A stretch of 39,066 nucleotides of DNA, taken from positions 1 to 39,066 of the forward strand of contig PKWB01000124.1 in NCBI GenBank assembly GCA_003131685.1, read 5' to 3'. The stretch's first letter is position 1. Every line of letters starts with the position of its first letter. The notes beneath the pieces were generated by a model. The model was not told the DNA's origin. It saw nothing but the letters and a program-made list of their open reading frames with translations, and searched no databases. Source of the DNA: Candidatus Dormiibacterota bacterium. Its GTDB lineage: Bacteria; Chloroflexota; Dormibacteria; Aeolococcales; Aeolococcaceae. The translations under genes and the position numbers were made by a program. Below are positions 22,427-33,442 of the stretch, one piece after another.

Positions 22427-23665
22427 TCAGGACGCCGCCGCGTGGGCGGCGGTCATCAACCCGGAGACGTCGAGCAGCAGGGCAACCACGACGAGCGCGG
22501 CAATCGCCGAGATGCGCGCCACCGAGAGCGGGCCGTTGCGCCGCCAGGCGATCGTCCAAGCGGTGATCGGCGCCGCCGCGGCCACCGCCACGAGCAGGTA
22601 GCGCGCCTGCGGCTGGAGGTCGAACGTGGCCGAGTTCAGGACCGACTGCGCCACCGCCACCAGGATCACCGCCAGGAGGACGATGGCGACCCCGCGCCGG
22701 GCAGGATCCCACCGTCCCCACGACCGCACCACGGCGACGCATGAGGCGACGGTGATCAGCGCGATGGCCGCGAGGGCGATCGTGCTCGGCAGCGGCCGAG
22801 CCCCGAAGATCGAGATCGCCACGAAGTGGGCGCCGTTGCCGTACATGCCCACCAGGCTCAGCGCGGTCGCGGCGAGGTAGCCCCGCACCTGCGAGAGCGA
22901 ATCGAAGACCTGGCGCTGGGCGGTGATCGGGTGCAGCGGCGGGAGCGGGCTCCCGAACGCAACCGCGTTGCGCACGAACCACCACCCGGCGAGGACGACC
23001 GTGGGGAGGACGAGCGCCGCCACGTGCACTGCGCGCAGCTGTCGGGCGAAGCGCACCGCGACGATCACGAGGAGGAGCACCGCGAGCGCCCACACCGTCT
23101 CCTTGGCGAGCACCGCGAGGGCGACGGCCAGCCCGGCCCCCAGCGCGAGACGTGCCGTGAGCACCCTGCTCTGCATCACCACCACGCCGGCCAGGACCAG
23201 CAGGGCTCCGGCGAGCCAGGCGAGGTTGTCGTCGTTGATCGCTCCCGCCAGGTACTGCGCCTCGGGAAGGAGCGCGACCAGCGCCGCGGCACCGATCGCG
23301 AGGTATGGCCGAAGCGGAAAGAGGCGGCGCGCCACCAGGAAGACGGTGAGAATGGTGAGCACCCCGAGCAACACCGAAACCAGCCGGATCAGACGCGCGT
23401 CATCGCCGGTGAGCTTGGCGACGATCGCCCCCAGCAGGTAGTACAGAGGTGGCTGCTGGCGTTCGGGTTCCCCTGCCGGCGGGAGGCGAGCGTGGTCGGC
23501 GATCCCGGTGATGTAGTGAAGGTGGGACAGCTCGTCGGGCGATGCGCCGAGCGGCGTGATTCGCGTGTACGCGACCGCGAAGCCCGCGAACGCGGCCACG
23601 AGTGCCCCGAGCAGGACCCGAACGAGGCGCCGTTCGCCGCTCGGGATCAAGTGGGGCGATCTCAC
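22427..23665 (-). CDS. GT-C fold membrane glycosyltransferase (ArnT/PMT_2-like), short paralogue
   Basis: ORF 22427..23665(-), 412 aa, polytopic. The first external loop carries PDELSH ... QQPPLYYLLGAIVAKL, the Asp-Glu plus PPLYY pattern of family 39/83-type enzymes. The GTG start overlaps the upstream stop as GTGA (23662-23665). Confidence 0.7.
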   Translation of the reverse strand: MRSPHLIPSGERRLVRVLLGALVAAFAGFAVAYTRITPLGASPDELSHLHYITGIADHARLPPAGEPERQQPPLYYLLGAIVAKLTGDDARLIRLVSVLLGVLTILTVFLVARRLFPLRPYLAIGAAALVALLPEAQYLAGAINDDNLAWLAGALLVLAGVVVMQSRVLTARLALGAGLAVALAVLAKETVWALAVLLLVIVAVRFARQLRAVHVAALVLPTVVLAGWWFVRNAVAFGSPLPPLHPITAQRQVFDSLSQVRGYLAATALSLVGMYGNGAHFVAISIFGARPLPSTIALAAIALITVASCVAVVRSWGRWDPARRGVAIVLLAVILVAVAQSVLNSATFDLQPQARYLLVAVAAAAPITAWTIAWRRNGPLSVARISAIAALVVVALLLDVSGLMTAAHAAAS

Positions 23666-25197
23666 GGGAGCTGGGCGACGCGGTCGGCTCGGACCCAGAC
23701 GGTGTCCGGGGTGCTGGCGTACTTCGCGACGTACTCGCCGCCGGCGAGCAGCGTGCCGATCTCCGGGAAGAGCGCCTGTGCCTCGGAGTCGACCACGATG
23801 AGCACCGGGCGCTCAGCGGCCACGTACTGCTCGACCGGGCCGCCATACCCGAGCAGCACCTCGTCGTTGTAGATGGGCGGAGTCGGCATGTCGACCTGCA
23901 AGTTTGCGAGCGCATACACCCACGCGTCATAGGACCAGACGACCGCGGTGGCGCCGCTCAACCCGTGTGCAGTGATCCAGGCGGCGACGTGAGCGTCGCC
24001 GGCCACCCGGTAGTCGAAGTCGTCGAGCCAGGTGGTTCGCCAGGTCGGGTCGAAGACGGCCGCGACGGCGCCCCCGTAGTACCCGCTGAGCGTGTGCGAA
24101 TTGGTCGCCGACGGTTGGATCGGCATCCAGTCCAGACCGGCGACCTTCGCCATCAGGATCGCGATGACCAGCCCGGCTCCCTGGAGACCCGGCCCGGCGA
24201 GTGACCGCCTGCTCCCACTGCGAAACCAGTTCGGCGACGGCGTGTTCAGCCCCGCGACCAGCAGGGTGAGCGGCGCGACGGCAGGCGCCAGAAAGTGCGG
24301 ATACGGCTGCCCCGCGACCGCGGTGACCACCAGGGTCGCGCCCGCCCAGAGGACGAGCACCCAGTCGACCCGATCGCGACGCCGGCTCGCGATCGCCCCG
24401 GCCGCGATCAGGGCTGTCGCGGCAAGCGCCAGGGCGAAGTGCGCGACGCCGCCGGCCGCACTCGTGGGGAGTGTCTTCCTGGTGTAGTCGACGTAGAAGC
24501 CCGCCAGCGCGAAGCCCACCTTGCCTGCCCCGGCGGTGGCGATCGCCGTTATGAGCCACACGAGCGTGATCGCGACGACGGTGCCGAGGAAGAGGAAGGC
24601 GTCGCGACGGAGCACCTTGCGTGCCAGCAGCAGTGCCAGGAAGAACGCCGAAGTCTCTGCGACCGCGGTCTGCTGGTATGCGATCGCCGCAGCCATCAGC
24701 ACCCCCGCCGCCAGCGGCCAGCGGGGAATCCGCCGTGGGGTGCCGTTCGGGTCTCCGCGCAGGATGTGCACCAGGAGGATCGCGCCCGCCCAGGACGAGG
24801 GGGCGATCAACAGGCTCTCAGGGAGCGCCAGCTCAGCATCGACGATCGGGAGGCCCAGGATCACCGCGGCGATCACGCCTGCGACCAGGGCGCGGCGCGG
24901 GGTGTAGAGGCGGCTGGCCGCCCACACGATGGCCGCGACGGTGACTGCGCCGCTGATGAAGGTGAGCACGTGCAGCCCGATCTCGCTGGAAGCGAAGAGC
25001 TTCACCTCGAGCGCGATCGTCCAGAGCATCAGCGGCGGCTTGTTGTTCCACGTCTGGAGGTAGAGGACCTTGCCGGCGAGCAACTCGCGGGCGACATTCA
25101 CGTATCCCGCTTCGTCGGTGTACCAGTGCGGCTCCATCAGCGAGGGCAGACGGAGGATCGCGAGGACCACCAGTCCTGGGATCGCCGTCCTGCGCAC
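23662..25197 (-). CDS. GT-C fold membrane glycosyltransferase (ArnT/PMT_2-like) with C-terminal soluble domain
   Basis: ORF 23662..25197(-), 511 aa. Reads EPHWYTDEAGYVNVARELLAGKVLYLQTWNNKPPLMLW, then about 11 TM segments, then a ~170-aa non-hydrophobic C-terminal domain. The GTG start (25195-25197) directly follows the GT2 stop (25198-25200). Confidence 0.75.
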   Translation of the reverse strand: MRRTAIPGLVVLAILRLPSLMEPHWYTDEAGYVNVARELLAGKVLYLQTWNNKPPLMLWTIALEVKLFASSEIGLHVLTFISGAVTVAAIVWAASRLYTPRRALVAGVIAAVILGLPIVDAELALPESLLIAPSSWAGAILLVHILRGDPNGTPRRIPRWPLAAGVLMAAAIAYQQTAVAETSAFFLALLLARKVLRRDAFLFLGTVVAITLVWLITAIATAGAGKVGFALAGFYVDYTRKTLPTSAAGGVAHFALALAATALIAAGAIASRRRDRVDWVLVLWAGATLVVTAVAGQPYPHFLAPAVAPLTLLVAGLNTPSPNWFRSGSRRSLAGPGLQGAGLVIAILMAKVAGLDWMPIQPSATNSHTLSGYYGGAVAAVFDPTWRTTWLDDFDYRVAGDAHVAAWITAHGLSGATAVVWSYDAWVYALANLQVDMPTPPIYNDEVLLGYGGPVEQYVAAERPVLIVVDSEAQALFPEIGTLLAGGEYVAKYASTPDTVWVRADRVAQLP

Positions 25198-25941
25198 CTA
25201 GACTCGCTCCCGGCGGGCGCCCTCCGGTCGCCAGTTCATGGCCAGGGACACTCGCAGCCGGATCACGTCGCGCATGGCCCGGGCCACCGGGATCAGGCGC
25301 CCGCCGGATCGGCGGCCGGCGAGCCGGGGAAGGTGCTGCACGCGCACCTGAACCACACGGAATCCCAGCCTGTGGGCCTTGAAGAATATCTCCGGGTTGA
25401 ACACCGCCGAACGTGCCCGAATCGGGGTCACGGCGTCCCACAGCTCGCGCGTGAAAACCTTGAGGCCGCAGTCGAAATCCAGCTCACGGATGCCGAACGC
25501 GGTGCGCACCACGCGGTTGTACACACCGCTCACGAAGGAGCGATACCAGGGGTCGGCCCGGCGGTTGCGGATCCCGGCGACCATGTCCGCATGGTCGAGC
25601 CCGGCGAGCAGCATGCCCAGGTCCTGCGGATCGAACTGGCCATCGCCGTCCATGAATGCCAGGACCTTGCCTCGCGACGCGCGCAGGCCGTCGCAGACCG
25701 TGATCGCATAGCCGCGCTGCTGCCTGTGGCTGACGACGGTCAGGTTGTGCGCGGCCTCCCCCATCGCCGCGCGCGCAGCGGCGACGGTCCCGTCCTGGCT
25801 GGCGTCGTCGACGAGGACGATCTCATAGGTGCGGCCACCCTTGGCCAGAACCACCATGACGTCCTGAAGGACACGCCCGATGTTCTCAGCCTCGTTGTGG
25901 GCCGGGATCGTCAGGCTGACGTCGACCTCGGGTAGCGCCAC
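25198..25941 (-). CDS. Family 2 glycosyltransferase of the polyprenyl-phosphate sugar synthase type (DPM1/GtrB/ArnC-like)
   Basis: ORF 25198..26022(-). Reads VSLTIPAHNEAENI, YEIVLVDDASQDGT, AFMDGDGQFDP (DxD) and a GT-A core. Start placed at GTG 25939-25941, 5 nt after the sqdB-like stop. The tracked GTG 26022 would overlap that gene by 76 nt. Confidence 0.8.
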   Translation of the reverse strand: MALPEVDVSLTIPAHNEAENIGRVLQDVMVVLAKGGRTYEIVLVDDASQDGTVAAARAAMGEAAHNLTVVSHRQQRGYAITVCDGLRASRGKVLAFMDGDGQFDPQDLGMLLAGLDHADMVAGIRNRRADPWYRSFVSGVYNRVVRTAFGIRELDFDCGLKVFTRELWDAVTPIRARSAVFNPEIFFKAHRLGFRVVQVRVQHLPRLAGRRSGGRLIPVARAMRDVIRLRVSLAMNWRPEGARRERV

Positions 25942-25946
25942 CGGCG

Positions 25947-28441
<2,495 letters not shown>

Positions 28442-28480
28442 GACCGCTCCAGCAACTCACCACCGGGAGGAGGCACGCCC

Positions 28481-29938
28481 ATGCCGCTGATCGATCGCGA
28501 CGCTGAGTACGACGTCATCGTCATCGGAGCCGGGTCGACCGGTGAGAACGTTGCCGGTCGCGCCGTCAAGGGCGGGCTGACCTGCGCGGTGGTCGAGAAC
28601 GAGCTGGTCGGTGGTGACTGCTCCTACTGGGCGTGCATGCCGAGCAAGGCGCTGCTCCGGAGTGGTCAGGTGCTTCGCGCTGCGCTCGCGGTCGACGGCG
28701 CCCGTCAGGCGGTGACCGGCACGATCGACAGCGCTGCCGTGCTCCGCCGGCGTGACTCCTTCACGTCCCAGTGGAAGGACGATTCGCAGGTGCGGTGGCT
28801 CGAGGACCACCACATCGATCTCGCCCGTGGCACCGGACGGCTGGCCGGGGAGCGCCGGGTCATCGTGACCCCGGCCGAGGGCGCCGAGTTCACGCTCACG
28901 GCCCGCCACGCGGTCGCGCTCTGCACCGGAAGCCGCGCATCGATCCCTCCCATCCCGGGCATCGAGTCCGCCGGCGTCTGGACGAGCCGGGAGGCCACCA
29001 GCGCCCAGGCCGTCCCGCGCCGTCTGGTCATCATCGGAGGCGGCGTCGTCGCCTGCGAGATGGCGGATGCGTGGCGCACCCTGGGGAGCGAGGAGGTGAC
29101 CCTCGTCGTTCGTGAAGGCCGGATCCTCGCCAACACCGAGGACTTCGCAGGCGAGGCGGTTCGCGCCTCCTTCGAAGAGCGGGGCATCACGGTCCTGTTC
29201 GACACCGCCACCGAGCGGGTCGCGCGCGCAGCCAACGGCGAGGTCTCGGTCGACATCGCGGACGTCGGTGGCGGCAATCGAAGGACGATCACCGGCGACC
29301 AGCTTCTGGTGGCGACCGGCCGCGCACCGCGAACCGACGCGATCGGTCTCGACACCGTCGGGCTCCGGCCGGGGTCATGGCTCACGGTCGACGACACCTG
29401 CCGGGTCGACGGCGGCGGTGACTGGCTCTACGCGGCCGGGGACCTGAACCATCGGGCGCTCCTCACCCACATGGGCAAGTACCAGGCTCGCGCCTGCGGT
29501 GACGCCATCGTCGCCCGCGCCCGGAGCGAGCTTCAGGGTGATCCGTTGCCATGGTCCCAGTACGCGGCGACCGCCGATCACGCGGCCGTTCCCCAGGTCA
29601 TCTTCACCGACCCGGAGGTCGCAGCCGTGGGTCTCACCCACCCCGAAGCGGTGAAGGCGGGCATGAATGTCCGGGCAGTCGATTACGAGATCGGCGACGT
29701 CTCCGGGGCCGGATTGATCGCCGACGGATACACAGGCCACGCCCGCATGGTTGTTGACGAGGATCGCAGTGTCATCGTCGGCGTGACCTTCACCGGGCCG
29801 GGCGTCGGCGATCTCATCCACGCCGCGACGGTCGCGGTGGTCGGCGAGGTGCCCCTCGAACGGCTCTGGCACGCCGTCCCGTCATACCCGACGGTGAGCG
29901 AGATCTGGCTCCGCCTGCTCGAGACCTACGGTCTGTAG
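28481..29938 (+). CDS. FAD-dependent pyridine nucleotide-disulfide oxidoreductase (class I, dihydrolipoamide/mycothione/mercuric reductase-like)
   Basis: ORF 28481..29938(+), 485 aa, with SD GGGAGGAGG. Reads DVIVIGAGSTGE, redox-centre GGDCSYWACMPSK (CxxxxC), second Rossmann IIGGGVVACEMA, and a C-terminal dimerisation domain with HAVPSYPTVSE. Confidence 0.8.
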   Translation: MPLIDRDAEYDVIVIGAGSTGENVAGRAVKGGLTCAVVENELVGGDCSYWACMPSKALLRSGQVLRAALAVDGARQAVTGTIDSAAVLRRRDSFTSQWKDDSQVRWLEDHHIDLARGTGRLAGERRVIVTPAEGAEFTLTARHAVALCTGSRASIPPIPGIESAGVWTSREATSAQAVPRRLVIIGGGVVACEMADAWRTLGSEEVTLVVREGRILANTEDFAGEAVRASFEERGITVLFDTATERVARAANGEVSVDIADVGGGNRRTITGDQLLVATGRAPRTDAIGLDTVGLRPGSWLTVDDTCRVDGGGDWLYAAGDLNHRALLTHMGKYQARACGDAIVARARSELQGDPLPWSQYAATADHAAVPQVIFTDPEVAAVGLTHPEAVKAGMNVRAVDYEIGDVSGAGLIADGYTGHARMVVDEDRSVIVGVTFTGPGVGDLIHAATVAVVGEVPLERLWHAVPSYPTVSEIWLRLLETYGL

Positions 29939-29939
29939 G

Positions 29940-30905
29940 TCAGTTGCCGATGTGGTTCGCGGGCACCGCGCCCATCCTGCCGGCCTGGTAGTCGGCAAGC
30001 GCCTGCGCGATCTCGGCATGGGTGTTCATCACGAACGGACCGTAGTGGGCAACGGGCTCGCGGATCGGGCGGCCGCCCAGGATGAGCAGGTCGAGGTTCG
30101 GGTGGCGGCTCTCCTGGTGGGTGCCCGCGGTCGCGGTGATCACGTCACCGATACCGAGCGCGGCAAGCTGGCCTGACTCGATGGGGCGCCGCTCCTCACC
30201 GACCGTTCCGCTGCCGGAGAGCACGTAGATCAGCGCGTTGAAATCACGCGGCCAGGGCAGCACGAGCCGTGCTCCTGGACTGACGGTCACGTGCGCGAGC
30301 GAGATCGGTGTGTAGGTGACCCCCGGGCCACGATTGCCGGCGACCTCACCGGCGATGACCCGAAGGAGCGCGCCCCCGTCGTACGAGGCGAGCAGCGCCA
30401 CGTTCCCGGCGCGGATGTCCTGGTAGCGGGCCGGAACCCACTTCTGCGCGGCGGGGAGATTGACCCACAGCTGGAACCCATGGAACAGACCGCCACTCGC
30501 GATCAGGTCCTCTGGTGGACGCTCGATGTGCAGGATGCCCGCGCCGGCGGTCATCCACTGGGTGTCACCGTTGGTGATCAGCCCGCCGCCACCGTTGGAG
30601 TCCTGGTGCTGGAAGGTGCCGTCGATCATGTACGTGACCGTCTCAAAGCCACGATGCGGATGCCACGGCGTTCCCTTCGGTTCGCCGGGCGCGTACTCGA
30701 CCTCGCCCATCTGGTCCATGTGGATGAACGGGTCGATGAGCGCGGGGTCGGTGCCGGCAAATGCGCGGTGGACCGGGAAACCCTCGCCCTCGAGTCCGCG
30801 GGGCGCGGTGACGACGCTGATCACCGGGCGGAACGACGAGGCAGCGGGGTCGGGCTGCGGGATGTGCGGCAGCGCGGTGATGTCGTCGACGGTCACAGCA
30901 GGCAT
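29940..30905 (-). CDS. Pirin family protein
   Basis: ORF 29940..30905(-), 321 aa. Cupin metal motif WHPHRGFETVTYMIDG...HQDS...GDTQWMTAGAGILHIE. Confidence 0.85.
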   Translation of the reverse strand: MPAVTVDDITALPHIPQPDPAASSFRPVISVVTAPRGLEGEGFPVHRAFAGTDPALIDPFIHMDQMGEVEYAPGEPKGTPWHPHRGFETVTYMIDGTFQHQDSNGGGGLITNGDTQWMTAGAGILHIERPPEDLIASGGLFHGFQLWVNLPAAQKWVPARYQDIRAGNVALLASYDGGALLRVIAGEVAGNRGPGVTYTPISLAHVTVSPGARLVLPWPRDFNALIYVLSGSGTVGEERRPIESGQLAALGIGDVITATAGTHQESRHPNLDLLILGGRPIREPVAHYGPFVMNTHAEIAQALADYQAGRMGAVPANHIGN

Positions 30906-30917
30906 TTCGAGACTTCC

Positions 30918-31376
30918 TTAGAGTGCGAGCGCCTTCACCGGCGCCATGACATGTTCCAGGTCCCAGCTCACCCCCGGGACGTCGACGTACAGCTCGATCT
31001 CGTTACCGTCGGGATCGGTGATGTAGAGGCTGTGGCTCACGGTGTGATCGCTGAGGCCGACCATCGGCACCCCCGCTTCCTGGCAGCGCCGGACGGCGTC
31101 GCGCAACTCGTCGTCGGTGTCTCCGACCTTGAGCCCGAAGTGATACAGGCCGACGTGGCGGCCGCGCGGCAGTGGCTGCGCGTCCTCGCCGACCTCGATG
31201 AGCAGCAGCTCGTGATGAGTCCGGCCGCTGCTAAAGAGCGCGACCGGTATGCGTCCGAGCGGACCGTCGTTCGAGGCCTTCAGCTGCTTCCAACCGAGCA
31301 CGTCTCGATAGAAAGCGGCCGACCGGTCGATGTTGTGCACGTAGAGGACGAGGTGTCCCAGCTCCTTGATCTCCAT
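30918..31376 (-). CDS. VOC family protein (glyoxalase/bleomycin resistance/extradiol dioxygenase fold)
   Basis: C-terminal 152 codons of ORF 30918..32243(-), starting at ATG 31374-31376: MEIKELGHLVLYVHNIDRSAAFYRDVLGW...HFGLKV...SLYITDPDGNEIELY. The rest of the tracked ORF is antisense to the MFS gene. Confidence 0.8.
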   Translation of the reverse strand: MEIKELGHLVLYVHNIDRSAAFYRDVLGWKQLKASNDGPLGRIPVALFSSGRTHHELLLIEVGEDAQPLPRGRHVGLYHFGLKVGDTDDELRDAVRRCQEAGVPMVGLSDHTVSHSLYITDPDGNEIELYVDVPGVSWDLEHVMAPVKALAL

Positions 31377-31451
31377 GGGATGAAGCTTACCCGCGCGGTC
31401 TCGAGCCAAACAGGAGGCGCCGGACGCGCCGCGCAGCGCGACTGAGCGAGG

Positions 31452-32900
31452 ATGGATGTCGTGCGCCGGGTGCATCTCACCTACCAGCAGATCATCGCGA
31501 TGATCTACGTGTCCGCGATGTTCATGACCATCCTGGACACGACCATCGTCTACGTCGCGCTCCCGGCGATCGCGCGGAGCTTCGCGGTGAGTCCCGCGGC
31601 GACCGACGGCGTGCTGGTCGGGTACCTGGTGAGTCTCGCGGTGTGGATTCCCGCCTCGGGATGGGTGGGAGACCGGTTCGGCACCAAGCGCACCTTCATG
31701 GCGGCGATCGCGCTGTTCACGGTCGCGTCCGCGCTCTGCGGGCTCTCGCAATCGGTGCTGGAACTGGTGCTGTTCCGCATCCTGCAGGGCGCGGGCGGCG
31801 GCATGCTCACCCCGGTGGGCATGGCAATGCTGTACCGCGCCTATCCACCGGCGCAGAGAGCTCGCGTGGCTCGCCTTCTGGTCATCCCCACGGTGATGGC
31901 GCCCGCGCTCGGTCCGCTCGTCGGCGGCGCGCTGGTCGACAGCCTCTCGTGGCGCTGGGTGTTCTTCATGAACGTCCCGCTCGGCGTGGCAGCACTCGTC
32001 TTCAGCGCGCTCAAGCTCACCGAGCATCGCGAGCGCGCAGGCGAGCGTTTCGACCTGCCCGGATTCGTGCTGGCCGCAGGCGGATTCGGACTCTTCCTGT
32101 TCGGGCTGAGCGAGGCGGCGACCCTCGGCTGGATGTCGCCGGTGATCATCGCCACCACTGCCGGCGGAGCCGCCCTGATCGCGCTCCTGGTGTGGGTCGA
32201 GCTGCACACCGACGCCCCGATGATCGACTTCCGACTGCTGCACTACCGGCTCTTCGGGGTCGCCAACCTGACCTCGCTGTTCGCCGCCGGCGGGTTCCTC
32301 GGCCTCCTCTTCATCGCTCCGATCTGGCTCCAGACCGGACGCGGGATGTCCGCGCTGGTCTCGGGGTCGAGCACCGCGCCCGAGGCGCTCGGTGTCCTGG
32401 TCTCGTCGCAGCTGGTGGGCCGCCTCTACCCGCGGATCGGTCCTCGCCGCCTGATCAGCGGCGGGCTCATCGGCGTGACCGCCGCGACCTGCCTCCTCGC
32501 GGTCGTGATGAACGGAAACCTCTGGGTGTTCCGTGCGGTGATGTTCGCCATCGGGGTCGGCTGGGCCTATGTGGTGATCTCGATGAACGCCGGCGTCTTC
32601 GCGCAGGTGTCGGGCCGCGACACGGGCCGAGCCACGGCGATGTACAACGCCCAGCGTCAGCTGGCCTCGGCGATCGGCGTCGCCGCCCTGTCAACCATCG
32701 TCGGGACGCAGGCGGCGGCCTCCAGCCTCGCCGGCAATGTCTCCGTGTTCCGCATCGCGTTCTTCGCAGCCGCCGGCTTCACATTCACCGGCGCCCTGAT
32801 AGCCCTGGCAATCCGCGACCGCGACGCCGCCTCAACCATGCACCGCTCGGCCGCCCCGACGACAGCCGTCCCGGCCGCCGAAACGGCCACACTTCGATAG
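31452..32900 (+). CDS. MFS transporter, DHA2 (EmrB/QacA, 14-TMS) type drug:H+ antiporter family
   Basis: ORF 31452..32900(+), 482 aa. Reads FMTILDTTIVYVALPAIARSF, GWVGDRFGTKRTF, LFRILQGAGGGMLTP. Confidence 0.85.
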   Translation: MDVVRRVHLTYQQIIAMIYVSAMFMTILDTTIVYVALPAIARSFAVSPAATDGVLVGYLVSLAVWIPASGWVGDRFGTKRTFMAAIALFTVASALCGLSQSVLELVLFRILQGAGGGMLTPVGMAMLYRAYPPAQRARVARLLVIPTVMAPALGPLVGGALVDSLSWRWVFFMNVPLGVAALVFSALKLTEHRERAGERFDLPGFVLAAGGFGLFLFGLSEAATLGWMSPVIIATTAGGAALIALLVWVELHTDAPMIDFRLLHYRLFGVANLTSLFAAGGFLGLLFIAPIWLQTGRGMSALVSGSSTAPEALGVLVSSQLVGRLYPRIGPRRLISGGLIGVTAATCLLAVVMNGNLWVFRAVMFAIGVGWAYVVISMNAGVFAQVSGRDTGRATAMYNAQRQLASAIGVAALSTIVGTQAAASSLAGNVSVFRIAFFAAAGFTFTGALIALAIRDRDAASTMHRSAAPTTAVPAAETATLR

Positions 32901-32974
32901 GGCGGTCAGACCGGCCGCTGGTCACCAACCGCCGAATGGGGCCGTCAGAATCGCTCCCGGCCGCCGAAACGGCC
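32869..32974. repeat. 20-nt perfect direct repeat TCCCGGCCGCCGAAACGGCC (two copies), duplicating the 3' end of the MFS gene
   Basis: Copy 1 at 32869-32888 is inside the CDS end (PAAETATLR*). Copy 2 at 32955-32974 is in the intergenic spacer. Both are followed about 10 nt later by TAG in the same register. Confidence 0.85.
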
Positions 32975-32980
32975 GGATTT
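32957..32980 (+). terminator. Possible weak intrinsic terminator (GC hairpin plus short U run)
   Basis: CCGGCCG-ccgaaa-CGGCCGG (7-bp stem, 32957-32976) followed by ATTT. The U-tract is short, so the call is tentative. Confidence 0.3.
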
Positions 32981-33034
32981 CCGTAGGTCGTCCTGACCAG
33001 CGGCGATCCGCCTCCGGTCAGGACTCCTTGTTGC

Positions 33035-33424
33035 TCAGTGGGAGCAGGACTTGGCTTCGCCGGCGGAGTCGGAAGTCTGGAAGGAGTGTCCGCAGCCGCA
33101 GGTCCGGACCGCATTCGGGTTGTGGATCGTGAATCCGCCACCCATCAGCTCATCGACGTAGTCGATCTCGGCGCCCTGGAGGTACTGCGACGAGTACGCA
33201 TCCACGTACACCTTGATGCCTCCATCGACGTCGACGACCTGGTCGTCTTCCTTCGGCGGATTCTCATCCAGGCCCATTCCATACGAGAAGCCGGAGCACC
33301 CGCCGGACTGGATGAAGACCCGGAGTCCCAGTGCGCGATCGGCCGGCTGGTCGGATATGAGGCCCTTGAGCTGCTCACGAGCGGTGTCGGAGATCGTGAC
33401 GATGGACGGAGAGGTGATTGCCAT
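33035..33424 (-). CDS. erpA: HesB/IscA/ErpA family iron-sulfur cluster insertion protein with C-terminal extension
   Basis: Inner ATG 33422-33424 of ORF 33035..33439(-). Reads LRVFIQSGGCSGFSYGM ... NPNAVRTCGCGHSF, the three conserved Cys of A-type carriers, then an extra tail QTSDSAGEAKSCSH. Confidence 0.85.
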   Translation of the reverse strand: MAITSPSIVTISDTAREQLKGLISDQPADRALGLRVFIQSGGCSGFSYGMGLDENPPKEDDQVVDVDGGIKVYVDAYSSQYLQGAEIDYVDELMGGGFTIHNPNAVRTCGCGHSFQTSDSAGEAKSCSH

Positions 33425-33442
33425 GGTGCTGACAATCATACG

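Noticed and set aside
24295-25935. 546-aa plus-strand ORF
   Set aside because: Antisense to the 511-aa GT-C gene and the GT2 gene. The composition is Arg/Asp/His/Gly-rich and non-membrane, with no motifs.
31377-32243. N-terminal ~290 codons of tracked ORF 30918..32243(-)
   Set aside because: Antisense to the DHA2 MFS gene. The sequence is His/Arg/Asp/Glu-rich nonsense. Only the last 152 codons, from ATG 31376, form the VOC-fold protein.
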